DNA of 64,000 bases. It comes from a virus. The notes beneath the pieces were generated by a model, which ran no database searches, was not told the origin of the DNA, and saw only the letters and a list, made by a program, of their open reading frames with translations. Below are positions 9,173-17,877 of the stretch, in pieces (position 1 is the stretch's first letter; every line of letters begins with the position of its first letter). The stretch is taken from IMG/VR virus record IMGVR_UViG_3300047281_000098, positions 32,001-96,000 of that record; one strand, 5' to 3'. The position numbers and the translations under genes were made by a program.

Positions 9173-10630
9173 ATGAAGAAATGTACGATACATATATCTG
9201 ATGAAGTCAATTGTAAGATTTCAGGATTAGAATTAAGTGAACGCAAGGCACTTATGAAATTATTTGAATATGAAATCCCCGGGGCACGATTCTTGCCTGC
9301 GGTCCGTCTAGGTAGATGGAACGGTAAGATGAGTTATTTTAGCCTTGGGGGAAGTACTTTCGTAAATCTCCTGGAAGAAATTATCCCTGTACTTGATCGT
9401 ATTGGATATGACATTGAGTTGGATGATACCAGAGAGTATCGCACTAACTTTGAGTTCTCTCCTTGTACCGAAGACACATTCAAGCACAAGACTTGGCCCG
9501 TTGGTCATCCAGTCGCTGGTACACCTATCGTATTGCGTGATTATCAAATTGAACTAATCAATAACTTTTTAAGTAACCCAGCGTGTCTACAAGAGATTGC
9601 GACAGGCGCCGGTAAGACAATTATGACTGCGGCACTTAGTTACAATATTGAGCCATATGGACGTAGTATTATCATTGTCCCTAACACCAGCTTAGTAACA
9701 CAGACCGAGAAAGATTATATCAACTTGGGGCTTGACGTAGGTGTATACTATGGTGGACGCAAAGAGATTGGCAAGACTCATACAATTTGTACTTGGCAGA
9801 GTTTGAATGTGATGTTGAAGAATACTAAGTCAGGTGAAGCAGAAGTTAGTATTCAAGACTTCTTGGAAGGTGTTGTATGCGTTATTGTTGATGAAGTTCA
9901 CCAAGCAAAAGCAGACGCCCTGAAAACATTGCTGACTACGGTAATGGCTCAGGTTCCTATTCGTTGGGGATTGACAGGTACTATTCCTAAAGCAAAGATG
10001 GAAAGTCAAGCTCTATTCGTTAGTCTTGGTCCAGTTATCAACAAGCTATCAGCAAGCACTTTACAAGAACAAGGTGTACTGGCAAACTGTCATGTCAATG
10101 TTGTACAATTACAAGATAAAGTTGAGTTCCCTAATTATCAAACAGAGTTAAAGCATCTGCTGGAAGACTCTGTTCGTTTAGATACAGTAGCAGGTCTTAT
10201 CAACAAACTGAAAGAAAGCGGCAATACACTGGTTCTAGTTGACCGTGTGAATGCTGGAACTGAATTAGTCAATCGTATCCCTGATGCTGTGTTTATCAGC
10301 GGTGGTACCAAGGCACAAGTAAGACAAGAAGAATATGACAAAGTGTCCGTGGAGTCTGGATTAGTGCTTGTGGCGACATACGGGGTGGCAGCAGTTGGTA
10401 TTAATATTCCTCGCATTTTCAACGTGGTTCTTATTGAACCCGGTAAGTCATTCGTGCGTGTCATTCAAAGTATTGGTCGAGGCATTCGTAAAGCAGAAGA
10501 TAAGGACCATGTTGAAATTTACGACATTACTTCAAGCTGTAAGTTTGCCAAGCGACATTTGACCAAGCGTAAAGAATTCTATAAAGAGGCCAATTACCCG
10601 TTCTCTATACAGAAACTAAATTACAAATAA
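9173..10630 (+). CDS. uvsW: SF2 DNA helicase UvsW-like
   Basis: LRDYQ, ATGAGKT, DEVH, GLTGT, GINIP, QSIGRGIR. Confidence 0.9.
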   Translation: MKKCTIHISDEVNCKISGLELSERKALMKLFEYEIPGARFLPAVRLGRWNGKMSYFSLGGSTFVNLLEEIIPVLDRIGYDIELDDTREYRTNFEFSPCTEDTFKHKTWPVGHPVAGTPIVLRDYQIELINNFLSNPACLQEIATGAGKTIMTAALSYNIEPYGRSIIIVPNTSLVTQTEKDYINLGLDVGVYYGGRKEIGKTHTICTWQSLNVMLKNTKSGEAEVSIQDFLEGVVCVIVDEVHQAKADALKTLLTTVMAQVPIRWGLTGTIPKAKMESQALFVSLGPVINKLSASTLQEQGVLANCHVNVVQLQDKVEFPNYQTELKHLLEDSVRLDTVAGLINKLKESGNTLVLVDRVNAGTELVNRIPDAVFISGGTKAQVRQEEYDKVSVESGLVLVATYGVAAVGINIPRIFNVVLIEPGKSFVRVIQSIGRGIRKAEDKDHVEIYDITSSCKFAKRHLTKRKEFYKEANYPFSIQKLNYK

Positions 10631-10633
10631 AGC

Positions 10634-10662
10634 TTGACATTCCCACAGATATAGACTATAAT
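10634..10662 (+). promoter_or_regulatory. sigma70 promoter
   Basis: TTGACA-N17-TATAAT. Confidence 0.75.
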
Positions 10663-10683
10663 ACATTAACTGAAAGACATCCC

Positions 10684-11184
10684 GTGCGTATATTAACCCT
10701 TGACAACACCTTCTATGATTTAGAAACTCTGCCCGAAGAGATTGATGATTTGCGATTCGCAATCCTAGATAATAGCAATCCACTTAATGTAGACTATCAT
10801 TACATTCCGCTGATCTTTCTTGAATCATTTAACTCGCCGGCACTTGTTTTGAAGATTGGTAAGCATACGATTAAAATGCCAGTTGATTGGCAGATTGTAA
10901 TCGGTGAGAAAGAACACGGTGATCTGGAGACATTACCACTGACAAGTATTAATGATCGTGGATTCAATGCGTTTGAATTCAATCCACTATCATCATTCAG
11001 TCCATCATTTCTTCCCATTGAAATCGTTGATATCTACAATGATGTTACTTGGTTCGCCCCACGACTGAAGAACGGTCAATTTCTGTGTGTACCGATTGAA
11101 GATGGATTGAAACCCAAGTGTGTTTACTTTGTTAAAGAAGTAAGCCGTAATTGTGAAATTGTAGACTACTCCCAAGCTTTTTAA
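10684..11184 (+). CDS. Hypothetical beta-rich protein, possibly a degenerate Hint fold
   Basis: 166-aa ORF after a promoter; residue pattern loosely resembles intein blocks A/B/F without catalytic residues. Confidence 0.6.
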   Translation: MRILTLDNTFYDLETLPEEIDDLRFAILDNSNPLNVDYHYIPLIFLESFNSPALVLKIGKHTIKMPVDWQIVIGEKEHGDLETLPLTSINDRGFNAFEFNPLSSFSPSFLPIEIVDIYNDVTWFAPRLKNGQFLCVPIEDGLKPKCVYFVKEVSRNCEIVDYSQAF

Positions 11185-11185
11185 T

Positions 11186-11617
11186 ATGAACGAAACATTT
11201 TTATTCTTTTCTTATGGTATGCTGACTAACAATGATGTTATGCCTCAGGGTGCTGAAAGACTTGGCCCAGCTGCCTTGCCCGGATTCGAATGGGAAATGT
11301 TATGCTATGCCAATGTGTATGACAAGCCCGGCAACATGGTATTGGGTGTACTTTGGGAAATTGATTACGACATCCTGGATGATCTAGATCACCGAGAAGG
11401 GTACCCCTCATTCTACGGACGAGTATATGCGGATATTATCCATGAAGGCATTCCTAAGCAAGCTTGGGTTTATGTCATGACAGAAGATTATCGCAAAATT
11501 CTTCGTGATACGCCACCGTCGGCTTCGTATGTCAGAACTGTTATCGAAGGATTCGCAACAGATGGCATTACCATGCCAAATTTAAATGTAGCTGAACTTG
11601 GCTACGAAGCATACTAG
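11186..11617 (+). CDS. Gamma-glutamylcyclotransferase (AIG2-like)
   Basis: FFSYGML, V.GVLWEI, LD.REGYP.FY.R, AWVYVM, PS.SY. Confidence 0.85.
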   Translation: MNETFLFFSYGMLTNNDVMPQGAERLGPAALPGFEWEMLCYANVYDKPGNMVLGVLWEIDYDILDDLDHREGYPSFYGRVYADIIHEGIPKQAWVYVMTEDYRKILRDTPPSASYVRTVIEGFATDGITMPNLNVAELGYEAY

Positions 11618-11618
11618 T

Positions 11619-12227
11619 ATGGCAACCAAAGTAACTAAAGTAACTAAATCTAAAACTCCAGCTGATGAAAAATTCGGAAATCAAGATTTTGATTTATTCG
11701 AATCGCTGGCAGCAATGGATAAAAAAGACTATGGATATCTTGAACGCCTGACTGAAGAACAACAAAAAAAGTTTGTTCCATTTATGATGACTCATTGGAT
11801 GAGCGCGGTATCAGGTAGCGGTGATGTAGCTGGATACTATGTTCGCAGTGTGGATCATTATGCGAATACTCATTTGTTCAATGAAGTAGTACAAAAACAT
11901 CCTAAGCTTCAATGGTTGATGCTGTGCGCTTCAAGTCCTAACTTAGGTAAGCAATTTCACAAATGGATTCCCCACCTTAGTGGTAAAGTAAGTTTGTTAA
12001 AAGAGCCAGCAAAGACTAAAGATGTCAAAGAGTACTTTAATAAGATTTATCCCAAGACAAGCGAAGATGCCATCGATGGCGCAGCTAAAGCGTTTGTATC
12101 CGATCATAAACGCAAGTGTCATTTAGCTGAACTATTCCCTAATTTAAAGCAAGCTGATATCGAAACTCTTAATCAACTTATTACAGATGCCGACATTGCT
12201 CAATATGATAAAGACCGCGGAAACTAA
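11619..12227 (+). CDS. Putative clamp-loader small subunit (gp62-like)
   Basis: KKF.PFMM.HWMS...N...HPKLQW.....F.KWI resembles gp62-family spacing. Start moved to ATG 11619. Confidence 0.45.
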   Translation: MATKVTKVTKSKTPADEKFGNQDFDLFESLAAMDKKDYGYLERLTEEQQKKFVPFMMTHWMSAVSGSGDVAGYYVRSVDHYANTHLFNEVVQKHPKLQWLMLCASSPNLGKQFHKWIPHLSGKVSLLKEPAKTKDVKEYFNKIYPKTSEDAIDGAAKAFVSDHKRKCHLAELFPNLKQADIETLNQLITDADIAQYDKDRGN

Positions 12228-12906
12228 TCCAGTAAAATATGAATGTGAATTTTGTAAGAGAGAATTCGCAAAGGAAGCCACGGTATTCAAACATATATGC
12301 CAATACAAACATCGTTGGGTTGAACGCGACAAGAAGGGCAATCGTATTGGATTTCAAGCTTGGCTACAATTCTATACTCGCAACAGCACAAGTAAAAAGA
12401 ATAGGACCGTTGAAGAATTTATCAAAAGTCCGTACTACAACGCATTTGTAAAATTTGGCAATTACTGTGCGGAAATTAATGCGATAAGCGTCAGTAGATT
12501 CATTGATTGGTTACTGAAAGAACAGATAAAAATTGACACCTGGTGTCAAGACAGTGTTTATACAAAGTTTCTGATTGCTTATACCAGAATCGAAGATCCA
12601 ATGGACGCGATTGTTCGCAGCATTGAAACAACTATTAAATTAGCTGAAACAGAATCAATTCAATCACATGATTGTCTACGATATGGAAATGTAAATCGAA
12701 TTTGTTATGCCATTACCGCAGGGAAGATAAGTCCATGGTTGTTGTATCAAAGCGACAGCGGAACAACATTTCTGTCTAATCTAACTTCTGATAATGTTTC
12801 AATGATTCTTGATTATATCAACCCAGAGCAATGGGCTATTAAGTTCAAAAGATACCCAGAAATTGCTGCTGAAGTCAAAGCATTGTTACGAGCAGGTGGC
12901 TATTGA
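12187..12906 (+). CDS. Zinc-finger-containing hypothetical protein
   Basis: N-terminal CEFC.REF......KH.C. Confidence 0.65.
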   Translation: MPTLLNMIKTAETNPVKYECEFCKREFAKEATVFKHICQYKHRWVERDKKGNRIGFQAWLQFYTRNSTSKKNRTVEEFIKSPYYNAFVKFGNYCAEINAISVSRFIDWLLKEQIKIDTWCQDSVYTKFLIAYTRIEDPMDAIVRSIETTIKLAETESIQSHDCLRYGNVNRICYAITAGKISPWLLYQSDSGTTFLSNLTSDNVSMILDYINPEQWAIKFKRYPEIAAEVKALLRAGGY

Positions 12907-12931
12907 CATTTAATCCATAATCTGTTATAAT
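12903..12931 (+). promoter_or_regulatory. sigma70 promoter of the FxLRW array (leaderless)
   Basis: TTGACA 12903, TATAAT 12926; ATG follows 6 nt later with no RBS. Confidence 0.75.
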
Positions 12932-12937
12932 ACAGAT

Positions 12938-13273
12938 ATGAAGACATTATACGACCTTGAAAGTACGGGCTTACATAGTTTTAAGCGAGGTGAACTAACA
13001 TTGTTCACTGCTTATAGGCAGTCTGGCAAAAGTATGCTTAATCAATTGTACGGGACAATTATGACAAAAGGAAACTTTGAGATAACAGATCAGGCCCCAG
13101 TAGATGGAGAGACTTGGTATACTGTTGCGTGTGTCAGTGTCGTATGCGAATGGATGCGTGAGCAACCCAAAGAATTGTGGCACGAACACATTGACCTTAG
13201 GTGGATTCATTATTCAAACAAGTTTGACATACATGAAAAACTCTATACCGTGTTAGCACTGCGATGGAGCTAG
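12938..13273 (+). CDS. FxLRW-family member with N-terminal Walker-A-like fragment
   Basis: RGELTLFTAYRQSGKS at the N-terminus; ends VLALRWS. Confidence 0.75.
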   Translation: MKTLYDLESTGLHSFKRGELTLFTAYRQSGKSMLNQLYGTIMTKGNFEITDQAPVDGETWYTVACVSVVCEWMREQPKELWHEHIDLRWIHYSNKFDIHEKLYTVLALRWS

Positions 13274-13500
13274 AACTAAGTGAAGGTGGAATACACGGTG
13301 CCAGGTATTATATAGTCAGACCCTGGCCATGGGACTCGCACATCACCTGGCTCACAATGGAAGCATGGGCTATTGGAACATTCGGACCAGACGGTGGCTC
13401 TATTTGGAATAATCTTAACTCACGCTGGTATATGAATAATAGCAAATTCTGGTTTCGCACTGAAGCGGATCGTACTTTTTTTATATTAAGATGGCAATGA
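13264..13500 (+). CDS. FxLRW-family mini-protein
   Basis: WAIGTFG...FRTEADRTFFILRWQ. Confidence 0.75.
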   Translation: MELELSEGGIHGARYYIVRPWPWDSHITWLTMEAWAIGTFGPDGGSIWNNLNSRWYMNNSKFWFRTEADRTFFILRWQ

Positions 13501-13697
13501 GAATTCAAAAAGTGTCCAGCAGTGACAACATACATGCTCCTGGCGAATATATGTATAAAATTCATGACCACTGTAAAGATAGCGACACCCTGAGGGGGTG
13601 GAGAGACGAAATCAAGTTGGATTGTCTCATTTACTCCAATGTTGCTTATTTCAATACCGAAACAGATGCTATGTTTTTCATACTGAGATGGCAATGA
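13497..13697 (+). CDS. FxLRW-family mini-protein
   Basis: ATGA overlap; FNTETDAMFFILRWQ. Confidence 0.75.
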   Translation: MRIQKVSSSDNIHAPGEYMYKIHDHCKDSDTLRGWRDEIKLDCLIYSNVAYFNTETDAMFFILRWQ

Positions 13698-13858
13698 CTA
13701 CCAATTACAGTTGGCAGTACAATGGTGCTGCCCCGTTCATAGATATCATGCAATGGTGCGTTGATACTTTTGAAAATGCTAACTGGTCTGCCAACTGGGA
13801 AACTTTTAGTTTCAATAATGAAAAAGATTATGTTTGGTTTGTATTGAGGTGGCAATGA
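13694..13858 (+). CDS. FxLRW-family mini-protein
   Basis: ATGA overlap; WCVDTF...FNNEKDYVWFVLRWQ. Confidence 0.75.
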   Translation: MTTNYSWQYNGAAPFIDIMQWCVDTFENANWSANWETFSFNNEKDYVWFVLRWQ

Positions 13859-14097
13859 GAAAACTAATTCCAAATAATATAACTGTTACTGAACAGATTG
13901 CGATCCATCGTCAGTTTTTTAATATGGTTGGAAAATGGCGTCGTAGTCAGCAGCCTGTTTTAAGAAAGGATGAATACTTGCAGTGTTTGGAAGAGGACAG
14001 CGGTGTTCGGTGCCAATATAGTAGCGGTGGTCAGTTGACAGGATTCGAAGTTATTGATGAAAAGACTTATACCTGGTTTGTGTTGAAATGGACATGA
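13855..14097 (+). CDS. FxLRW-family mini-protein
   Basis: ATGA overlap; DEKTYTWFVLKWT. Confidence 0.75.
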   Translation: MRKLIPNNITVTEQIAIHRQFFNMVGKWRRSQQPVLRKDEYLQCLEEDSGVRCQYSSGGQLTGFEVIDEKTYTWFVLKWT

Positions 14098-14330
14098 ACG
14101 ATACTACAAGTTGGATTACCTTTGGTAAAGACCATTATCATTTAAACAGGGTAATGGAGCAGTGGTGTCACGAACATATCGGGCAAGGTGGATGGGCACA
14201 CGAAACACCAAAGGCTTGGGGATGTATGATGGGCGATAAGATTTGGGTAATGCATAGTATGTTTGGTAACACAACTTTTTGCTTTAAAGAAGAAAAAGAC
14301 TTTATGTGGTTTAAGTTGAGGTGGGCATGA
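14094..14330 (+). CDS. FxLRW-family mini-protein
   Basis: ATGA overlap; WCHEHIG...FKEEKDFMWFKLRWA. Confidence 0.75.
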   Translation: MNDTTSWITFGKDHYHLNRVMEQWCHEHIGQGGWAHETPKAWGCMMGDKIWVMHSMFGNTTFCFKEEKDFMWFKLRWA

Positions 14331-14554
14331 GTTTTATAACAGTTTCGCGTAATTTGAACGCTGATGAGTTAAGAGATTGGTTAGTCACCAATGTTGGAAA
14401 AGAGATCGGCAAGGGAGCTTATGCTAGAAAATGTGGCGACGGATGGGACTTGGATACGACCATTGGTTACAGGGAAATTCCCGCTGTCTTAAAATGGGGC
14501 ATAACCATTGATGACGAAGCATTAGCAGTATTTTTTAAATTGAGGTGGGCATGA
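14327..14554 (+). CDS. FxLRW-family mini-protein
   Basis: ATGA overlap; WLVTNVG...DDEALAVFFKLRWA. Confidence 0.75.
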   Translation: MSFITVSRNLNADELRDWLVTNVGKEIGKGAYARKCGDGWDLDTTIGYREIPAVLKWGITIDDEALAVFFKLRWA

Positions 14555-14865
14555 ATAATAAAACAATTGAAGATTTTGTAATCCGTTACGGTGCCAAAGT
14601 AAATTACGAACAAAGACGCGACTATAATACTTATAATACTATGGGTAGGGCAATGGATTACTATTCATTGGATTACTATGGCAATGGTAACAGCATAGTA
14701 GGCATTGAACTACCTTTAAAGGCATTTGAGCACTTAGTCAACTCGGATAATCAAGCTGATGTAGACTATCAAGCTGGTAAGGAAGAGGCTCGCATTCGTG
14801 CTCGGTATCCATCAGTAGCAGAAGCGTATGCTCAATATAAAATGTTACTTGAACTATGCAGATAA
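14551..14865 (+). CDS. Unrelated hypothetical protein inserted in the array
   Basis: ATGA overlap; lacks the motif and ends YAQYKMLLELCR. Confidence 0.7.
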   Translation: MNNKTIEDFVIRYGAKVNYEQRRDYNTYNTMGRAMDYYSLDYYGNGNSIVGIELPLKAFEHLVNSDNQADVDYQAGKEEARIRARYPSVAEAYAQYKMLLELCR

Positions 14866-15251
14866 TTGAATATATTAAAGACAAGTATCTAACTTGGCGT
14901 ACTGGCCAAGATAAGCAAACACGCGATTGGAATAAGTGGTTGTATGAAACTGTTCTATTTCGTGCTGACACGATTGAAAATATGTTTGTGAACTTTAAAT
15001 ACATACTACCAGTGTCCGTAGAGATATTTGATCTTGAAGAACCGTTTGGATGGGCACTGGGCGATGACATTCGACAGTATATGTATCCTAACCGAGCATT
15101 AGGTGACTGTGCGGTTCATTACTTTGCGCGTGGGTTTCGCCATCAATGGGATGGTCGCTTTCACCTTAATGAAATTAGCGGTGGTGATCAAGTGTTTATA
15201 GCAACTAACAACAGCAAGGATGCTATGATGATAGCATTGAAGTATTCATGA
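14856..15251 (+). CDS. Divergent FxLRW-family member
   Basis: Ends NNSKDAMMIALKYS. Confidence 0.7.
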   Translation: MQIIEYIKDKYLTWRTGQDKQTRDWNKWLYETVLFRADTIENMFVNFKYILPVSVEIFDLEEPFGWALGDDIRQYMYPNRALGDCAVHYFARGFRHQWDGRFHLNEISGGDQVFIATNNSKDAMMIALKYS

Positions 15252-15580
15252 ACGATTTACAAATAGAAATACACAAGCGCACTATGAAGCTGCTATCTAC
15301 TGTAATGGCACAATCTATTATAGGGGTGCAACCTATGCCAAATACTGGTATCTTCAATGTAAGGTTTAGTAAATCTAAATATAAATTCAACCGTGCTAAA
15401 TGGTATGTAGCAGTGTATAACTACAACTATTATTACGAAGTAGTTGAATGGTGTGCTGAACAGTTCGGCCCACATCCCGAGCAACCAGATGCTTGGAGTC
15501 GTTGGGTACACAAATACGAAGATACGATTCACTTCCGTGATGAAAAAGATTATATTTGGTTTACATTGAGGTGGTCATGA
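15248..15580 (+). CDS. FxLRW-family member with N-terminal major-capsid-like GVQPM fragment
   Basis: AQSIIGVQPMPNTGIF at the N-terminus; WCAEQFG; FRDEKDYIWFTLRWS. Confidence 0.75.
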   Translation: MNDLQIEIHKRTMKLLSTVMAQSIIGVQPMPNTGIFNVRFSKSKYKFNRAKWYVAVYNYNYYYEVVEWCAEQFGPHPEQPDAWSRWVHKYEDTIHFRDEKDYIWFTLRWS

Positions 15581-15765
15581 AATTACTGGAAGACTACTCA
15601 GTATCATTGAGCGCAGACAGATGGATCAAAATAAAAGAACAATTAACAAAAGTTGAATCTAATTCATTGGTGTCTATTACTTGGACAGGTCCGTTTGAAA
15701 GAACCAGAATATTACGATTTAAATCTGAGAATGATGCATTGATATTTGTATTGAGGTGGAGCTAA
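15577..15765 (+). CDS. FxLRW-family mini-protein
   Basis: ATGA overlap; FKSENDALIFVLRWS. Confidence 0.75.
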   Translation: MKLLEDYSVSLSADRWIKIKEQLTKVESNSLVSITWTGPFERTRILRFKSENDALIFVLRWS

Positions 15766-16016
15766 TGATTACATATAAAGTACTGTGGACCGAGTTACCA
15801 CATATTAAAGTACCGGTATTACACACGGTAATGTATGCTCACAGTACAGATGGAGTAGACGCAAAATATCAACGAAGTTATAAGGATCATTTAGTAGATG
15901 AGTGGTTAAAAGCAAACTGTCGGGCGCCTTACTATCACTCTACCTATCATACAGAAAAGTTTATACAATTTGAAGATGATGAAGATGCTATGTGGTTTTC
16001 TTTGAGGTGGTCATGA
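15765..16016 (+). CDS. FxLRW-family mini-protein
   Basis: TAATG overlap; WLKANC...FEDDEDAMWFSLRWS. Confidence 0.75.
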   Translation: MITYKVLWTELPHIKVPVLHTVMYAHSTDGVDAKYQRSYKDHLVDEWLKANCRAPYYHSTYHTEKFIQFEDDEDAMWFSLRWS

Positions 16017-16273
16017 TATATAACGAAATAGAACAAGACATTATAAACAGAGCAGGCAAGGAACTATCCAGTGAAATTGACTTCCATGTACTTGCTGATT
16101 TATACTCACAAGACGGCTGGACTGAAGTTAATTTGCCGAGACAGCCCAGAGAAACAGTAGTTGAGATTCTATCCTGGTGTGCGAGTCATAATATTAAGTG
16201 CTATGGCAGAGGGCAACGATGGGTGTTTGAGAAGAAGCAAGACGCCTTGTTCTTTAGTTTGAGGTGGGCATGA
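16013..16273 (+). CDS. FxLRW-family member with N-terminal capsid-like helix
   Basis: IEQDIINRAGKELSSEIDFHVLADL; ends FEKKQDALFFSLRWA. Confidence 0.75.
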   Translation: MIYNEIEQDIINRAGKELSSEIDFHVLADLYSQDGWTEVNLPRQPRETVVEILSWCASHNIKCYGRGQRWVFEKKQDALFFSLRWA

Positions 16274-16449
16274 TTGTTACATTACCATATGATCCAGCAT
16301 GGAAAGCATTAGAATGGGCTAAAGACCATTGTCCTGATTATGTTACTAATGAAGTACACCCCCACAAAGCATGGATTCGCCCGATTCAGATTGACTACTT
16401 CTTTTCGTCCGAGCGAGATGCTGTATTTTTTAGTTTGAGGTGGGTATGA
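16270..16449 (+). CDS. FxLRW-family mini-protein
   Basis: WAKDHC...FSSERDAVFFSLRWV. Confidence 0.75.
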   Translation: MIVTLPYDPAWKALEWAKDHCPDYVTNEVHPHKAWIRPIQIDYFFSSERDAVFFSLRWV

Positions 16450-16691
16450 AATACTTTAGCAGTAGCGGAGGCAACAATAAACCATACTTTGCCCATCGTA
16501 TTAAATTACCCAAAGTGGTTAGTGAAGCATATGACTGGTGCTTAGAGTACCCAGATCAAGATAGACCCTTTAGAAGATTCCATGTAGAATGGGATCATTA
16601 TCCAGAGGGAAAATACGGGCATAAAGGTTATGAAATTATTCAATTTGAGTGGGAAGAAGCCGCCATTATGTTTACATTGAGGTGGTTATGA
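16446..16691 (+). CDS. FxLRW-family mini-protein
   Basis: WCLEY...FEWEEAAIMFTLRWL. Confidence 0.75.
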   Translation: MKYFSSSGGNNKPYFAHRIKLPKVVSEAYDWCLEYPDQDRPFRRFHVEWDHYPEGKYGHKGYEIIQFEWEEAAIMFTLRWL

Positions 16692-16957
16692 GAGTAGAGT
16701 TTAGACAAGGTGTGCCTGACGGATGTGCCCGGTGGCTACGTGAGAATGTTGGACTGGGTAATATTGAGGAAGACAGCAACAACAAGAGAACACGGCAGGG
16801 GATGATTGACATGCCTGAGTATGCTTGGTTCTATGAGCGGGTAGCAATTATACCCGACGATGCCTTGAGTCTGCTTTACGAGTCCATTCATTATGTTCCT
16901 ACTATCACAGTTAAAGATCCCGAGTTGGCTACATTTTTTAGTTTGAGGTGGTTATAA
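16688..16957 (+). CDS. FxLRW-family mini-protein
   Basis: WLRENVG...KDPELATFFSLRWL. Confidence 0.75.
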   Translation: MRVEFRQGVPDGCARWLRENVGLGNIEEDSNNKRTRQGMIDMPEYAWFYERVAIIPDDALSLLYESIHYVPTITVKDPELATFFSLRWL

Positions 16958-17172
16958 TGGTAGACTGGCTTAATGACAGCTCTGACGAAGTTTATTGCGC
17001 TGATTCAGAAGCGTTTGAAAACTTTTTTCATGACTTCTGCCTAAATGGAAAAGCCAAAGGAGCAGAATGGGGTCCTGACTATTGGGAACAACATGGCATT
17101 AAGGTTGTGAACAGTAGAGTAGAATATGATACCCCTGCACATCGCACTATGTTTTTATTGAGGTGGTTATGA
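16957..17172 (+). CDS. FxLRW-family mini-protein
   Basis: TAATG overlap; YDTPAHRTMFLLRWL. Confidence 0.75.
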   Translation: MVDWLNDSSDEVYCADSEAFENFFHDFCLNGKAKGAEWGPDYWEQHGIKVVNSRVEYDTPAHRTMFLLRWL

Positions 17173-17432
17173 AGAAACCTAAACCAAAGAAGCCAAAAGC
17201 TAAAATACCCAAAGGTGCATTGATAGTTGACTACGGCTTGTATCGTGTAATCCTACCTTATAAACACCCGATTGACTTGTATAATAACAAAGAATTAGAT
17301 ATAATATGTGAATGGTGCGATAGAACATTTCCAAAAGATGATTGGAGATGTAGCAGAAGTAGCTGGCCAGGTCATGTCTACTTTTTAAAAGAAAGCTATC
17401 TGACAATGTTTTTATTGATGTGGGCAAAATAA
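17169..17432 (+). CDS. FxLRW-family member with Lys/Pro-rich N-terminus
   Basis: WCDRTF...FLKESYLTMFLLMWAK. Confidence 0.7.
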   Translation: MKKPKPKKPKAKIPKGALIVDYGLYRVILPYKHPIDLYNNKELDIICEWCDRTFPKDDWRCSRSSWPGHVYFLKESYLTMFLLMWAK

Positions 17433-17433
17433 T

Positions 17434-17874
17434 ATGGTTCAGCTAACTAGACCTGTACCGCCAAAACCAAGCATGATACCGTGGCCATATAAGTTGCCTC
17501 GCAATAAATTAGAAAGACAAGAAGATATGGCTAAATGGGAAATACATAAACGAGCAGGCAATCTAGTAGAAGCTGCTTGGTGGCACTGGATGCCAGGGGT
17601 AACAATTAATGTTAAATGGCCTGTTGGTTTAGTATTTGTGCTTGATGAAAAAGATCGTCGGTGGGATTGGACCATGGGAACAACCAAGCAATCATTTGAC
17701 TCGGCGGACCCTAACGACCATTATAGACCTTGGCTTGAAAAGAATGTTGGCAAGCAGGGATGGGATTGGCAATGGGGACTTAGAGATAACAACGCAGCAG
17801 AGAATAGACTTACTATTAAAGTTAGAACTAAACATGCCAAGTGGGCAACAGTCGCCTCACTTCTGTGGGGATAA
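17434..17874 (+). CDS. Divergent FxLRW-family member
   Basis: WLEKNVGKQGWDW...WATVASLLWG. Confidence 0.7.
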   Translation: MVQLTRPVPPKPSMIPWPYKLPRNKLERQEDMAKWEIHKRAGNLVEAAWWHWMPGVTINVKWPVGLVFVLDEKDRRWDWTMGTTKQSFDSADPNDHYRPWLEKNVGKQGWDWQWGLRDNNAAENRLTIKVRTKHAKWATVASLLWG

Positions 17875-17877
17875 GTA

